Part shown: piece by piece, positions 1-7,889 of the stretch
Position numbering within the stretch: the stretch's first letter is position 1
Layout: every line of letters begins with the position of its first letter
Assembly (NCBI GenBank): GCA_048939765.1
Contig: JBHLPF010000057.1
Coordinates: 1 to 14,064 of the forward strand
Source of the DNA: Promethearchaeota archaeon
GTDB taxonomy: Archaea > Asgardarchaeota > Thorarchaeia > Thorarchaeales > Thorarchaeaceae
Reading direction: 5' to 3'
Length of the DNA: 14,064 nucleotides
Notes under the pieces: generated by a model
The model's database searches: none
Seen by the model: the letters and a program-made list of their open reading frames with translations, nothing else
Told to the model about the DNA's origin: nothing
Translations under genes and position numbers: made by a program

Positions 1-645
1 GGACATACTCACTCATTGATTGTCGCACAGAATGGTGTCCGTCTCTTTAGAGCACTCATTGAAGGTCTTCAACCTTCGATAGTACAGGAAGAAACAGGCA
101 CGTTGCAAGATGCCGAGTTAATCGTGTTCATTGGTTGCTATCTCCATGACATCGGAATGGTGGTGGCTCGAGAGAATCATGACATATTCACTGTGTTCTT
201 AGCGACGCCCATATTAGACAGAATACTTGCGAAGGTCTATCCAAAAGACCGTCACAAGCAGGTCCATGTCCGTGGACATATCCAACATGCGATCTATACG
301 CACGACATTGCAGCTCCACCGTTGACCGTAGAAGCTGGTATTGTTGGAATCGCAGATGCACTTGACATGACAAAGGGTCGCGCAAGAATTCCATTTGAAG
401 CTGGTAGTGTGAACATCCACTCTGCATCCGCAATGGCAATCGAGAAGGTCAATATACGAAAGGGAGAAGAAAAGACCGTTCGCATTGAGGTCATAATGAA
501 CAATGCATCAGGTATTTTCCAGATTCAGGAGCTCTTGGAAAAGAAAGTCAGAAGCTCCCCTGCACTTCTAGATCACATAGAACTCTATGCAGTCATGTCT
601 GCCAAGGAAGAAACGATTCTAGAAGAAGAACTCAAGGTTTTGTAA
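1..645 (+). CDS. HD-superfamily metal-dependent phosphohydrolase (COG3294-like), 5'-truncated
   Basis: Frame open from base 1 (GHTHSLIVAQN...), so the start lies upstream. HD motifs: H, YLHDIG, H (ENHD), H (YTHD), D (IADALD). Stop TAA at 643-645. Confidence 0.85.
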   Translation, partial: GHTHSLIVAQNGVRLFRALIEGLQPSIVQEETGTLQDAELIVFIGCYLHDIGMVVARENHDIFTVFLATPILDRILAKVYPKDRHKQVHVRGHIQHAIYTHDIAAPPLTVEAGIVGIADALDMTKGRARIPFEAGSVNIHSASAMAIEKVNIRKGEEKTVRIEVIMNNASGIFQIQELLEKKVRSSPALLDHIELYAVMSAKEETILEEELKVL

Positions 646-789
646 AACAGTCATAGACCTGAGGGTATCGAGTCGTTATTCGGCGGTTTCGAACGTTTTC
701 AATTCCGAGTTCGTTAACATCAGCTAATATATATGTACGATAGCATGCATCCCTTAGTAACTCTTCGTCCATCATGGAGCCTGTTACCA

Positions 790-1227
790 ATGACACTTGA
801 CGACATTGACGAGAAAATCATATCGATGCTACAAGACGACGGACGCCGATCGTATAGTGAAATCGCTGAGGCCGCAGAGAGGACTGAAGTGACCATTCGT
901 CGCCGAGTGAAACGTCTCATCGATGAGGGATACATCAAGAAATTCACTGTCATCTTGGACCCCCTGAAAATGGGACGCAAGATTCGTGCCATCATCCGGG
1001 TTAAGACAGTGATGAAAGAGGCTACAGTCATCTCAAAGAAGGTCCAACATTTCGGCGAAGTGGACGAGGCCTATTTCTTGGATGGCGCATGCGGAATAAT
1101 GCTGAAGGTCACTGTGGACGACCTAGCAAATCTTAGAGAGTTTCTCGAGTTGAAACTGGGCAAGGTCCCTGGCGTAGGCGAAATAGAGACTTGTATTGTT
1201 CTCGAAGACATCAAGCCTCCATACTGA
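790..1227 (+). CDS. Lrp/AsnC family transcriptional regulator
   Basis: N-terminal LDDIDEKIISMLQDDGRRSYSEIA...RRVKRLIDEGYI HTH and C-terminal RAM domain. ATG 790 chosen over 733 because of GGAG at 776-779 and the family-typical start. Confidence 0.92.
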   Translation: MTLDDIDEKIISMLQDDGRRSYSEIAEAAERTEVTIRRRVKRLIDEGYIKKFTVILDPLKMGRKIRAIIRVKTVMKEATVISKKVQHFGEVDEAYFLDGACGIMLKVTVDDLANLREFLELKLGKVPGVGEIETCIVLEDIKPPY

Positions 1228-1249
1228 TGGTACGGCATGGTGAGTTCTG

Positions 1250-1663
1250 GTGCAACCTGTGCTGCGCCTACCTGAGGATGATCTGAATAGACTACATACA
1301 CATGCTGAACAGAGTCTGCCGCTTGAGTCTGCAGCTCTTCTGTTTGGCCAAGTCAAGGATAATGATGTAGTTGTAAGTCATATTGAACTTGTGCAGAATA
1401 CTGCGAAGTCAAGAACATCCTTCTCGGTAGATCCTGAAACAGAATACAGGCTTCTTGTAGAAGGCGAAGAACGTGGAGAGGCTTTAGTTGGCATATTTCA
1501 CTCGCATCCGGCTCCACCTAGACCTTCCTCCAGTGACTTACAGAATATGCGTTTGAATCCAGTCGTCTGGGTGATCTCCTCGAAATTGACAGGGGAGTGG
1601 ATAAGTCGTGCATTCATTCTGGAGGAGAGCAACTTGAAAGAAGTAGAACTAGACCTGACATAG
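1250..1663 (+). CDS. JAMM/MPN+ (Mov34/JAB, M67) metalloprotease, desampylase/isopeptidase-like
   Basis: Catalytic Glu (PLESAALL) plus JAMM motif HSHP-x4-PS-x2-D (IFHSHPAPPRPSSSDL). GTG start. Confidence 0.9.
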   Translation: MQPVLRLPEDDLNRLHTHAEQSLPLESAALLFGQVKDNDVVVSHIELVQNTAKSRTSFSVDPETEYRLLVEGEERGEALVGIFHSHPAPPRPSSSDLQNMRLNPVVWVISSKLTGEWISRAFILEESNLKEVELDLT

Positions 1664-1664
1664 C

Positions 1665-1973
1665 TCACGTCTTGAGTCCCTTGAGAGTACCTGACGTCCT
1701 CTTGGGTTCAAAAGACACCCTGGTCTTTCCTATTGATCCTATTAGAACTGCCGAGGCGATTACCTGTTCCAGTACGGCTGCATTGCATTGGAGTATGCCA
1801 ATCCCGCTGTCTTCGTTGTACTCGCTCAGATAAAGTCTGGAGTCAGCAACTGCTACCTCACCATAAAGAGAAAGCAGGTTCTTCCTGATCTCTATAACAA
1901 GCTGTTTGTCATTGACCGGACTGCCTTCCCTATGTAGACAGAACCGAAGATACCGCTTTCTTCGACCCTTCAT
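1665..1973 (-). CDS. rnp2: RNase P protein component 2 (Pop5/Rpp14)
   Basis: N-terminal RKRY, LYG motif, C-terminal SGTLKGL. 4-nt ATGA overlap with rpp30; conserved gene context. Confidence 0.88.
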   Translation of the reverse strand: MKGRRKRYLRFCLHREGSPVNDKQLVIEIRKNLLSLYGEVAVADSRLYLSEYNEDSGIGILQCNAAVLEQVIASAVLIGSIGKTRVSFEPKRTSGTLKGLKT

Positions 1974-2659
1974 TCGTTTCCCCCTCTTTTGACCACCTCA
2001 ATGCCGGATGCCACGAAATCCGGACTCAATCGCTTTCTGTTTCTGTCAATGATACCTTGTGGCCCCTCATGAACCGCAGTCTTTGTGTAGTGCCAGTCCA
2101 AGCCAAGCAGTAGTCCTACATATCGCATTGCAGTTGGCGATCTCATAGACATCACGTTCTTTGAGCCGCTTGAGAGAATCACCTGCATTTTAGCTCCCAC
2201 AGCAGTGTGCACATTCTCTCTGAAGACTTTGATAACTTTGGACCTTGCCAAGCCAGACAACTTTAGAAGTGGTCTTATGGGGACCTCAAGTGCCGTGCCT
2301 GATGCAGCAGCTAGTCTTGCAGTACTCTCACGCAGGATGCACTCATTATTGGGCTTATCAAGGGTCAAGAGGTCCACCCGCTCATCCTCAGCAGCCCAGT
2401 TGGCAATATCTACTCCTCGAAGGGGGATGGCAATCACAGCCGCGCTTGAACGAGCCTCCTTTACCGCCTTCTTTGCAGCTCTGAGACCGTTCTCTGGGAG
2501 GTCCGTTCGTGTGAATAGATTCATACCACTCTCCAGAGTCTCAAAAGGCTCGCCCCTTTCCAGAAACGTGACAAATCCAGTCAATCTGAGTCTTGCTGCC
2601 ATCTTGACAAAAGAGTCTAGGTTTTTCGAGGTCGGGCTCACATTCAAGTCGATTGGCAT
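1970..2659 (-). CDS. rnp3: RNase P protein component 3 (Rpp30)
   Basis: N..A.E..RVDLL, A...G.ALE, ILSSGS...MRSP motifs, C-terminal SGIEVV. SD GAGGTGA upstream; located between COG1325 and pop5. Confidence 0.9.
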   Translation of the reverse strand: MPIDLNVSPTSKNLDSFVKMAARLRLTGFVTFLERGEPFETLESGMNLFTRTDLPENGLRAAKKAVKEARSSAAVIAIPLRGVDIANWAAEDERVDLLTLDKPNNECILRESTARLAAASGTALEVPIRPLLKLSGLARSKVIKVFRENVHTAVGAKMQVILSSGSKNVMSMRSPTAMRYVGLLLGLDWHYTKTAVHEGPQGIIDRNRKRLSPDFVASGIEVVKRGGNE

Positions 2660-2674
2660 CAGTTCACCTCGACG

Positions 2675-3121
2675 CTATTGCAGACAGTCAGTCAGGAATT
2701 TCTCTGCATCTGAGCGAAGACATCTTGGATATTCTCTCAGATGAACTCTAACACTAATCACGTCAGAGTTACTTGCCAGCCTTGTTTCACCAAGATACGA
2801 TGCTTGCTTATCAATCCTGAGAAAGAGAACGCATTGGTCGTCTAGTCTTCGAGAGATTGTTCTCCTTAAGGTCTCTCTCTCCTTCTCGGAAAGACCCTCA
2901 ATGATTCTAGCGAACGTCTGTTCACAATGAGGCCTTTTCTCAAGGGAGGCAAGAATGACGATTATCTCCGTATTCTTGTGACTCTTCGTTGATTCGGCCT
3001 CAATCTCAACTAAATCTCGCAGTTCATCAGGATAGAGATTCAGGACTGCCTCAGTGACCCTCTCGACTACTTCAGTGCCCCTTGAGTATGCACGCGCCTC
3101 AATCTTACTGATGAATGGCAT
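2675..3121 (-). CDS. Exosome-superoperon RNA-binding protein (COG1325/DUF54)
   Basis: TE...V..A..NL, S/G-H.N.I, and LFLRIDKQA motifs; position between rpl15e and rpp30. Confidence 0.85.
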   Translation of the reverse strand: MPFISKIEARAYSRGTEVVERVTEAVLNLYPDELRDLVEIEAESTKSHKNTEIIVILASLEKRPHCEQTFARIIEGLSEKERETLRRTISRRLDDQCVLFLRIDKQASYLGETRLASNSDVISVRVHLREYPRCLRSDAEKFLTDCLQ

Positions 3122-3150
3122 CCACGAGTCCCCTGTGGGAGTCTAATGCA

Positions 3151-3735
3151 TTATTTGCCAACGTTGCCCTTTGCACCAAGGGACGGCCTGATTTTCTCAG
3201 CACCCCTTCCCTTTCTTCTGAGTCCTCTACTACGCTTTCCAGCTGATGTGAGTCCGCGGCTCTCCCTGCCCTTCTGAACAGGATCACAGATCCAATTGAT
3301 TTCTGGATCGTTGTAGATGACAGGATGGTCTGGATCAACCATAATGACCTCGTGCCACACCCATTTGTGATCCGAGCCTACCCAATAGGAGTTTAGAACA
3401 CGGAGGTTCGGATACTTACGAGCTGCTCTCTCTTCAGCAATCCATCGACGGGATTTCTGAGGAGTATATTTTGTGACACCCATGCTTCTTGGCTTTCTTC
3501 CCATTCTTGGCCTTGGCTTTTCCCTCGGTCCTCTTCCAGTCTTGACTCTCGCGACTACATAGCCCTGCTTTGCTTTGTAGCCAAGTGATCGTGCACGGCC
3601 TAGTCTTGTTGGCCTGTCCAGCCTTACAATGGTGCTCTGTTTTCTCCAGACAATCAGTCTGCTCTTTACTGTTTCAGAACGTTCATGCTGTTCCTTAATC
3701 CAACTCTTATTCATGTGTCTGTATGCTGTAGGCAT
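3151..3735 (-). CDS. rpl15e: 50S ribosomal protein L15e (eL15)
   Basis: RPTRLGRARSLGYKAKQG, AEERAARKYPNLRVLNSYWVG, RGLTSAGKRSRGL. Confidence 0.98.
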   Translation of the reverse strand: MPTAYRHMNKSWIKEQHERSETVKSRLIVWRKQSTIVRLDRPTRLGRARSLGYKAKQGYVVARVKTGRGPREKPRPRMGRKPRSMGVTKYTPQKSRRWIAEERAARKYPNLRVLNSYWVGSDHKWVWHEVIMVDPDHPVIYNDPEINWICDPVQKGRESRGLTSAGKRSRGLRRKGRGAEKIRPSLGAKGNVGK

Positions 3736-3745
3736 GAAGCTACCA

Positions 3746-3866
3746 TCCTTTGTTGTAATTCATTCGCTTTGTTTGTGGTTCAGCCTCTATGGGCCACATC
3801 CCTTGCGGACGTATCCGCCTAAACAAAGGAAGTGGTTTGGCTATTCAGCCACTGTTGTTCCCCTGT
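3746..3866 (-). ncRNA. Putative structured 5' leader of rpl15e (r-leader candidate)
   Basis: On the minus strand: hairpin GCGGA-UACG-UCCGC (3805-3818), stem GUGG/CCAC with a CUGAA bulge (3775-3797), and closing stem 3821-3828/3767-3774. Lies directly upstream of eL15; an eL15-Euryarchaeota leader family is published. Confidence 0.6.
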
Positions 3867-3904
3867 AATTCGCTTTTAGGTGTAGCGATTGGTCTCCGAG
3901 TGCA

Positions 3905-4816
3905 TCATTTGAACTCTGCAATCACTTTCTCCGCTGTAAGATCCCCAACTCTAACTTGAGCTTCTGAGGTAGATGATGATACATGCGGAGTGGCAACCAC
4001 TTTTGGATGCTTGACTAATCTCCAATCGACAGGCGGTTCTTTTTCAAAGACATCAAGCCCGGCACCAGCGACTTTGTTCTCGTCCAAGGCCTTCAGAAGG
4101 GCTTTTTCATCAATAACTCCTCCTCGGGCTGTATTAATGATGAAGGCCGACTCCTTCATCATATCCAGTTCTTCTTCACCAATCAAGCCCCTTGTTTCAG
4201 GAAGGAGAGGGACATGCAATGTGACATAGTCTGCTCGCTTGAGTAGGTCTTCCATTTCTGCCCTCTCAGCACCATACTCTACACATGCTGTATCAATATC
4301 GAGAACATCGTAGGCTAGGACTTCCATCTCGAGTGCCCTTGCTCTTCTTGCTACCTCGCATCCTATCCTTCCAAAACCTATGATTCCCAATGTCTTTTGC
4401 CAGAGTTCGGTGCCTTTCAGCTTCTTCTTTTCCCACCGTTCATCTTTCATGGAACTGTCAGCCGCTGTCATTCTTCTCGATAGGGCGAACATGAATGCAA
4501 TGACCATCTCCGCCACAGAAATGGTCGGTGCTTCTGGGGTATTCAGTACTTTGACACCTCTCTCCTTTGCGGCCTCAAGGTCGACATTGTCTAGTCCCAC
4601 ACCTGCCCTCACTACAAGCTTCAATACATCTGCCGCATCGATGACGTCCTTGGTCACCTTTGTAGCACTGCGAACGACAATACAATCGAACCCCCTTATC
4701 TGGTCCTCAATCAAGCCGTCTGTTTCGCTATTCCTGATCACTACGTCATGTCCCGCGTCTTTCATCTTGGCAACAGCGGAATCTGCGACTGGGTCTGCAA
4801 CAAGTATTCGCACCAT
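3905..4816 (-). CDS. D-2-hydroxyacid dehydrogenase, short (ACT-less) D-3-phosphoglycerate dehydrogenase-like, 303 aa
   Basis: VVRSATKV, RAGVGLDNVD, GIIGFGRIG (NAD binding), INTARG, LDVFEKEP, TPH. True start MVRILVADP at 4816; the ORF-track extension to 5086 overlaps the opposite gene. Confidence 0.9.
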   Translation of the reverse strand: MVRILVADPVADSAVAKMKDAGHDVVIRNSETDGLIEDQIRGFDCIVVRSATKVTKDVIDAADVLKLVVRAGVGLDNVDLEAAKERGVKVLNTPEAPTISVAEMVIAFMFALSRRMTAADSSMKDERWEKKKLKGTELWQKTLGIIGFGRIGCEVARRARALEMEVLAYDVLDIDTACVEYGAERAEMEDLLKRADYVTLHVPLLPETRGLIGEEELDMMKESAFIINTARGGVIDEKALLKALDENKVAGAGLDVFEKEPPVDWRLVKHPKVVATPHVSSSTSEAQVRVGDLTAEKVIAEFK

Positions 4817-4924
4817 TATCTGATACCCTCTGAATATAGAGTGAGCTTGGGCCGGTAGAAAGTTCATCTTAAATTTGCTGGCTGCACGACATTTACTTAA
4901 GCACCAAACATCATCTCCAATCTC

Positions 4925-5464
4925 ATGAAGAAAGAATGGAGGCCAACCACTGCAGTAGTACCTTGTCCGGTGGTTCTTCTCAGCGTCGCAGGTGAAGAAA
5001 GACCGAATATCATTACCCTGTCTTGGGTTGCGAATGTATGCAGCAATCCGCCCACAATTGTTGCTGGGATAAGGCGTCAGCGACATAGCTATGAGATGGT
5101 GAAGAACGCTGGCGAATTTGTACTAAACATACCCTCGATCAATCAAATTGATTCCGCGGAGTTTGCTGGGACCAAGTCAGGACGTGACTTTGACAAGTTC
5201 AAGGAGTGTGATTTCACAGCTGTTCCTGCATCGAAGGTCAATTCGCCGATGATTGAGGAATGTCCCATCAATATCGAATGCAAAGTCATCAAGGTTGAGA
5301 ACGCTGGAGTCCACGACGTTTTTACGGCTGAGGTCGTAGCAGTTCATATAGATGAGTCTGTTCTAGATGAGGACGGACGATTCGTCGTATCTAAAGCGCA
5401 GCTTTTTACATATCTGCCATTGAATGGAGAATATTGGTCATTAGGCAAACGTCTGCAGGCATGA
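4925..5464 (+). CDS. Flavin reductase-like FMN-binding protein (COG1853, flavoredoxin-like)
   Basis: PCPVVLLS, NIITLSW, GEFVLNIPS, GTKSGRDFDKF, SPMIEECPINIECKV, G.HD.F.AEV. Confidence 0.92.
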   Translation: MKKEWRPTTAVVPCPVVLLSVAGEERPNIITLSWVANVCSNPPTIVAGIRRQRHSYEMVKNAGEFVLNIPSINQIDSAEFAGTKSGRDFDKFKECDFTAVPASKVNSPMIEECPINIECKVIKVENAGVHDVFTAEVVAVHIDESVLDEDGRFVVSKAQLFTYLPLNGEYWSLGKRLQA

Positions 5465-5469
5465 GGGTT

Positions 5470-5922
5470 TCATGGTGTACTGATCTGGATGTTAATACTC
5501 TCAGACTCCTCTTCGTCATAGAATCTAGGAGATTGAAGCTGACGTACCGATGTCACCCCGTCCGACTCAAGAATGATCCAAGCCCCTCTAGGGACATGAT
5601 CCTCCTTCAAAAAGACGTCAAAGGTGATTCCGGGAAATTCTACAATGATTGGTTCATGTCCCAGCAGATTAAACAACCCACAAGCTTCTTGCGCCCGGCT
5701 GACGCTGGTCAACCGTGTAAGGATTGGTATCCATTCATCAGAGGCTCCTGACCACTTCAGAACAGGATGTGAATTTGGCGGCGGCCACATGCCTTTTCGT
5801 ACAACAGCATACTCTCCAGTGCCGAGCTCATAGATTGTAGGTGCTGTACCTGCTCTTGCGAGAAAAGTGCCATGTACCTTAGCATCTTCAAGTGTAAGAA
5901 AGATCTCCATTTGCTTCACCAT
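5470..5922 (-). CDS. Hypothetical protein with two internal ~52-aa repeats
   Basis: 150-aa ORF from ATG 5922 filling the gap between the flavin reductase and YchF. The protein-level internal repeat supports coding status. Confidence 0.7.
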   Translation of the reverse strand: MVKQMEIFLTLEDAKVHGTFLARAGTAPTIYELGTGEYAVVRKGMWPPPNSHPVLKWSGASDEWIPILTRLTSVSRAQEACGLFNLLGHEPIIVEFPGITFDVFLKEDHVPRGAWIILESDGVTSVRQLQSPRFYDEEESESINIQISTP

Positions 5923-6116
5923 TGTGTGTACTCGACAGCACTTTGTGATTGCAGAAACTGAGAAATCGCACCGCATCTGTGACGCTCAAAATTGGCATTA
6001 AATTGCAGAAGGAACGCCAGAGAGAGTGTTTTCTCTGCATTTTCCCATAGGAGATTAAATTGGACTGTGCACACAGTTGTGTTCTGTCTGATGGGCTCTA
6101 GGATATCGCCACTGCT

Positions 6117-7325
6117 TTACTTTGCCGATACTATACAGATGACATCGCGGTCCTTGAGCACATGCTTGTCTGAGATTCTCATCTTTGTACGGGCATCTAT
6201 TGCATGAATGAATGATTCCATCAGGTCTGTGTGAATATGTCCAGCGAATTCCTTAGCCGTTGTTCCTTGAGGGACGAGATACACATCGGGGAGAACATTC
6301 CCATCACCGTCCGTCAATGAATTCGCATCCTGAACAGGATAGACAGTAATCATATTGAGATATTCGAACACAGCCTTGTTCAGAATGTTTTGGACCCCTG
6401 TGCCCCCGTATTTCTTGAGTATATATTCTCTGAGTTTCTCAAGCTGGTCAATTTCCGCATCCTTCAAGCCCTCTCTTTTAAGAATCTCGAAGTCATCATC
6501 ACCAGGAATGTATTTGATTACAGACTTCTTATCCAGGTCCTTGAGAACCTTTTCAGCTAGGGCACTGACCGGCACTATAAGAAGGTCTGGGAATGTTTCC
6601 TTCAACCTCTCATAGTTCTCTTCTGCCCTTGGTCTGTCTATCTTGTTTGCTGCAATTATCAAAGGCTTAGCAACATGCCAGAGAGTCGATGCAAAGTCCC
6701 TCAGCTCCTCCTCCGTCCAATGGTCGGCAGTCTCGGCCTTGAGTTCCGAGTCACGAATGGCCCTCAATACATGTTTACGGGCGATTTTCAATCCAGATAG
6801 CTTCTCTAGCAGAATCTCATCCAGCTTTTCCCCCTCCGCCCTGACACGACCAGTTATTCTTCGCCAGTCCTTCTGAATGATTGACAATACCCACTCGGTG
6901 ATCTCCTCCTCCAGGAATTTCACATCATCGATTGGGTCATGGCTTCCAGCAGCAACCTCTTGTCCCTCTGCATCCAAGGCCCCGCTAGCATCTACAATAT
7001 GTATCAGGACATCAGCCTGTCTCAAGTCATCTAGGAACTGGTTGCCCATCCCCCGCCCTTTATGGGCGCCAGGCACCAGACCTGCAACGTCAATCAGCTT
7101 GATTGGAACTAGACGAATTCGTTCAATACAGATCGAGTTCTGCGGATTGTCATCCACATCGAAATCTCCGCAAGCGCATGGAGTCCTAACATGGGTCACA
7201 CCCACGTTTGCCTCAATAGTTGTGAATGGATAGCTCCCTTCCTTGAAGTCTGTCATACAGGCGGCATTAGTGAATGAGGTCTTTCCGCATGACGGTTTTC
7301 CTACTATCCCTACGCTGAATCCCAT
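6117..7325 (-). CDS. ychF: Obg-family YchF-like GTPase/ATPase (archaeal type) with C-terminal TGS domain
   Basis: G1 GKPSCGKT, G2 YPFTT, G3 DVAGLV, G4 NKID, TGS motif GTTAKEFAGHIHTDL. Confidence 0.92.
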   Translation of the reverse strand: MGFSVGIVGKPSCGKTSFTNAACMTDFKEGSYPFTTIEANVGVTHVRTPCACGDFDVDDNPQNSICIERIRLVPIKLIDVAGLVPGAHKGRGMGNQFLDDLRQADVLIHIVDASGALDAEGQEVAAGSHDPIDDVKFLEEEITEWVLSIIQKDWRRITGRVRAEGEKLDEILLEKLSGLKIARKHVLRAIRDSELKAETADHWTEEELRDFASTLWHVAKPLIIAANKIDRPRAEENYERLKETFPDLLIVPVSALAEKVLKDLDKKSVIKYIPGDDDFEILKREGLKDAEIDQLEKLREYILKKYGGTGVQNILNKAVFEYLNMITVYPVQDANSLTDGDGNVLPDVYLVPQGTTAKEFAGHIHTDLMESFIHAIDARTKMRISDKHVLKDRDVICIVSAK

Positions 7326-7399
7326 TCATCATCTCTCCGCACATACACAGCTCATAAGCCGGATTAAACTGTTCAGGTTCAGTGTCTACCGAATGATTT

Positions 7400-7440
7400 T
7401 TATGAATTAGGATTCATAATTAATATTGAATCAGGATTCA
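7400..7440. promoter_or_regulatory. Tandem palindromic operator overlapping the probable promoter of the NifX/ATPase operon
   Basis: TTATGAAT-tagg-ATTCATAA (7400-7419, perfect 8-4-8) and TGAAT-cagg-ATTCA (7427-7440). Cores 24 bp apart; TTTTTAT TATA-like element overlaps box 1. Confidence 0.75.
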
Positions 7441-7473
7441 TTATCTTGATGGATTAACTATGAATGTGAGAAT

Positions 7474-7887
7474 ATGTCTAAGATCTGTGTGACCTCCCAA
7501 GGGGCTGACATGAACGCGCTCATGGATCCCCGATTTGGTAGATGTCGGTACTTCGTCATTGTAAATCTAGAGTCGGGAGATTTCGATGCAATTGACAATG
7601 ATGCTGTTTCACGTGCGCATGGGGCGGGAATAAGAGCCGCTCAGATGGTCGCCTCGACCGGAGTTGATGCTGTAATAACAGGAAGTGTGGGTCCAAATGC
7701 TTACCCAGCTCTACAGAACGCTGGAATCCGAATAGTGACAGCAACATCAGGCACCGTCAGAGATGTGGTAGAGTCTTACAAGAGTGGTTCACTTTTTGAT
7801 GTGACGTCTCCTGGCCCTGCGCATGTTGGGATGGGCAGAGGTATGGGTCGCGGAAGAGGCCGGAGTGGTCGTAGAGGAGGATATTAA
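7474..7887 (+). CDS. NifB/NifX-family (COG1433, MTH1175/Orange protein-like) protein with Gly/Arg-rich tail
   Basis: DPRFGRC.YF, GAGI.AAQ, VITG.VGPNA...L..AGI; tail GMGRGMGRGRGRSGRRGGY. Confidence 0.92.
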   Translation: MSKICVTSQGADMNALMDPRFGRCRYFVIVNLESGDFDAIDNDAVSRAHGAGIRAAQMVASTGVDAVITGSVGPNAYPALQNAGIRIVTATSGTVRDVVESYKSGSLFDVTSPGPAHVGMGRGMGRGRGRSGRRGGY

Positions 7888-7889
7888 GA

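Noticed and set aside
2205-2744. 179-aa plus-strand ORF and other long antisense ORFs (720-1031, 4380-4823, 6877-7233, 10315-10614, 11633-12025)
   Set aside because: Shadows of well-supported genes on the opposite strand, with Ser-rich, motif-free translations.
3845-3907. Selenocysteine readthrough of the dehydrogenase TGA with downstream hairpins as SECIS
   Set aside because: The protein is complete at the stop, the extension is short and motif-free, and the hairpins are better explained as the rpl15e leader.
4817-5086. 90-aa N-terminal extension of the dehydrogenase ORF
   Set aside because: Overlaps the flavin reductase on the opposite strand; the family fold starts at MVRILVADP (4816).
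5944-6062. Short repeats ATTGCAGAA (5948, 6002) and ATTAAATTG (5997, 6054) as a mini-CRISPR or operator
   Set aside because: Only 9 bp, two copies each, no consistent repeat-spacer period and no cas genes; compatible with chance.
7830-7880. Nucleotide tandem repeat at the end of the first NifX gene
   Set aside because: Reflects Gly/Arg/Met codons with synonymous variation, not a DNA-level repeat.
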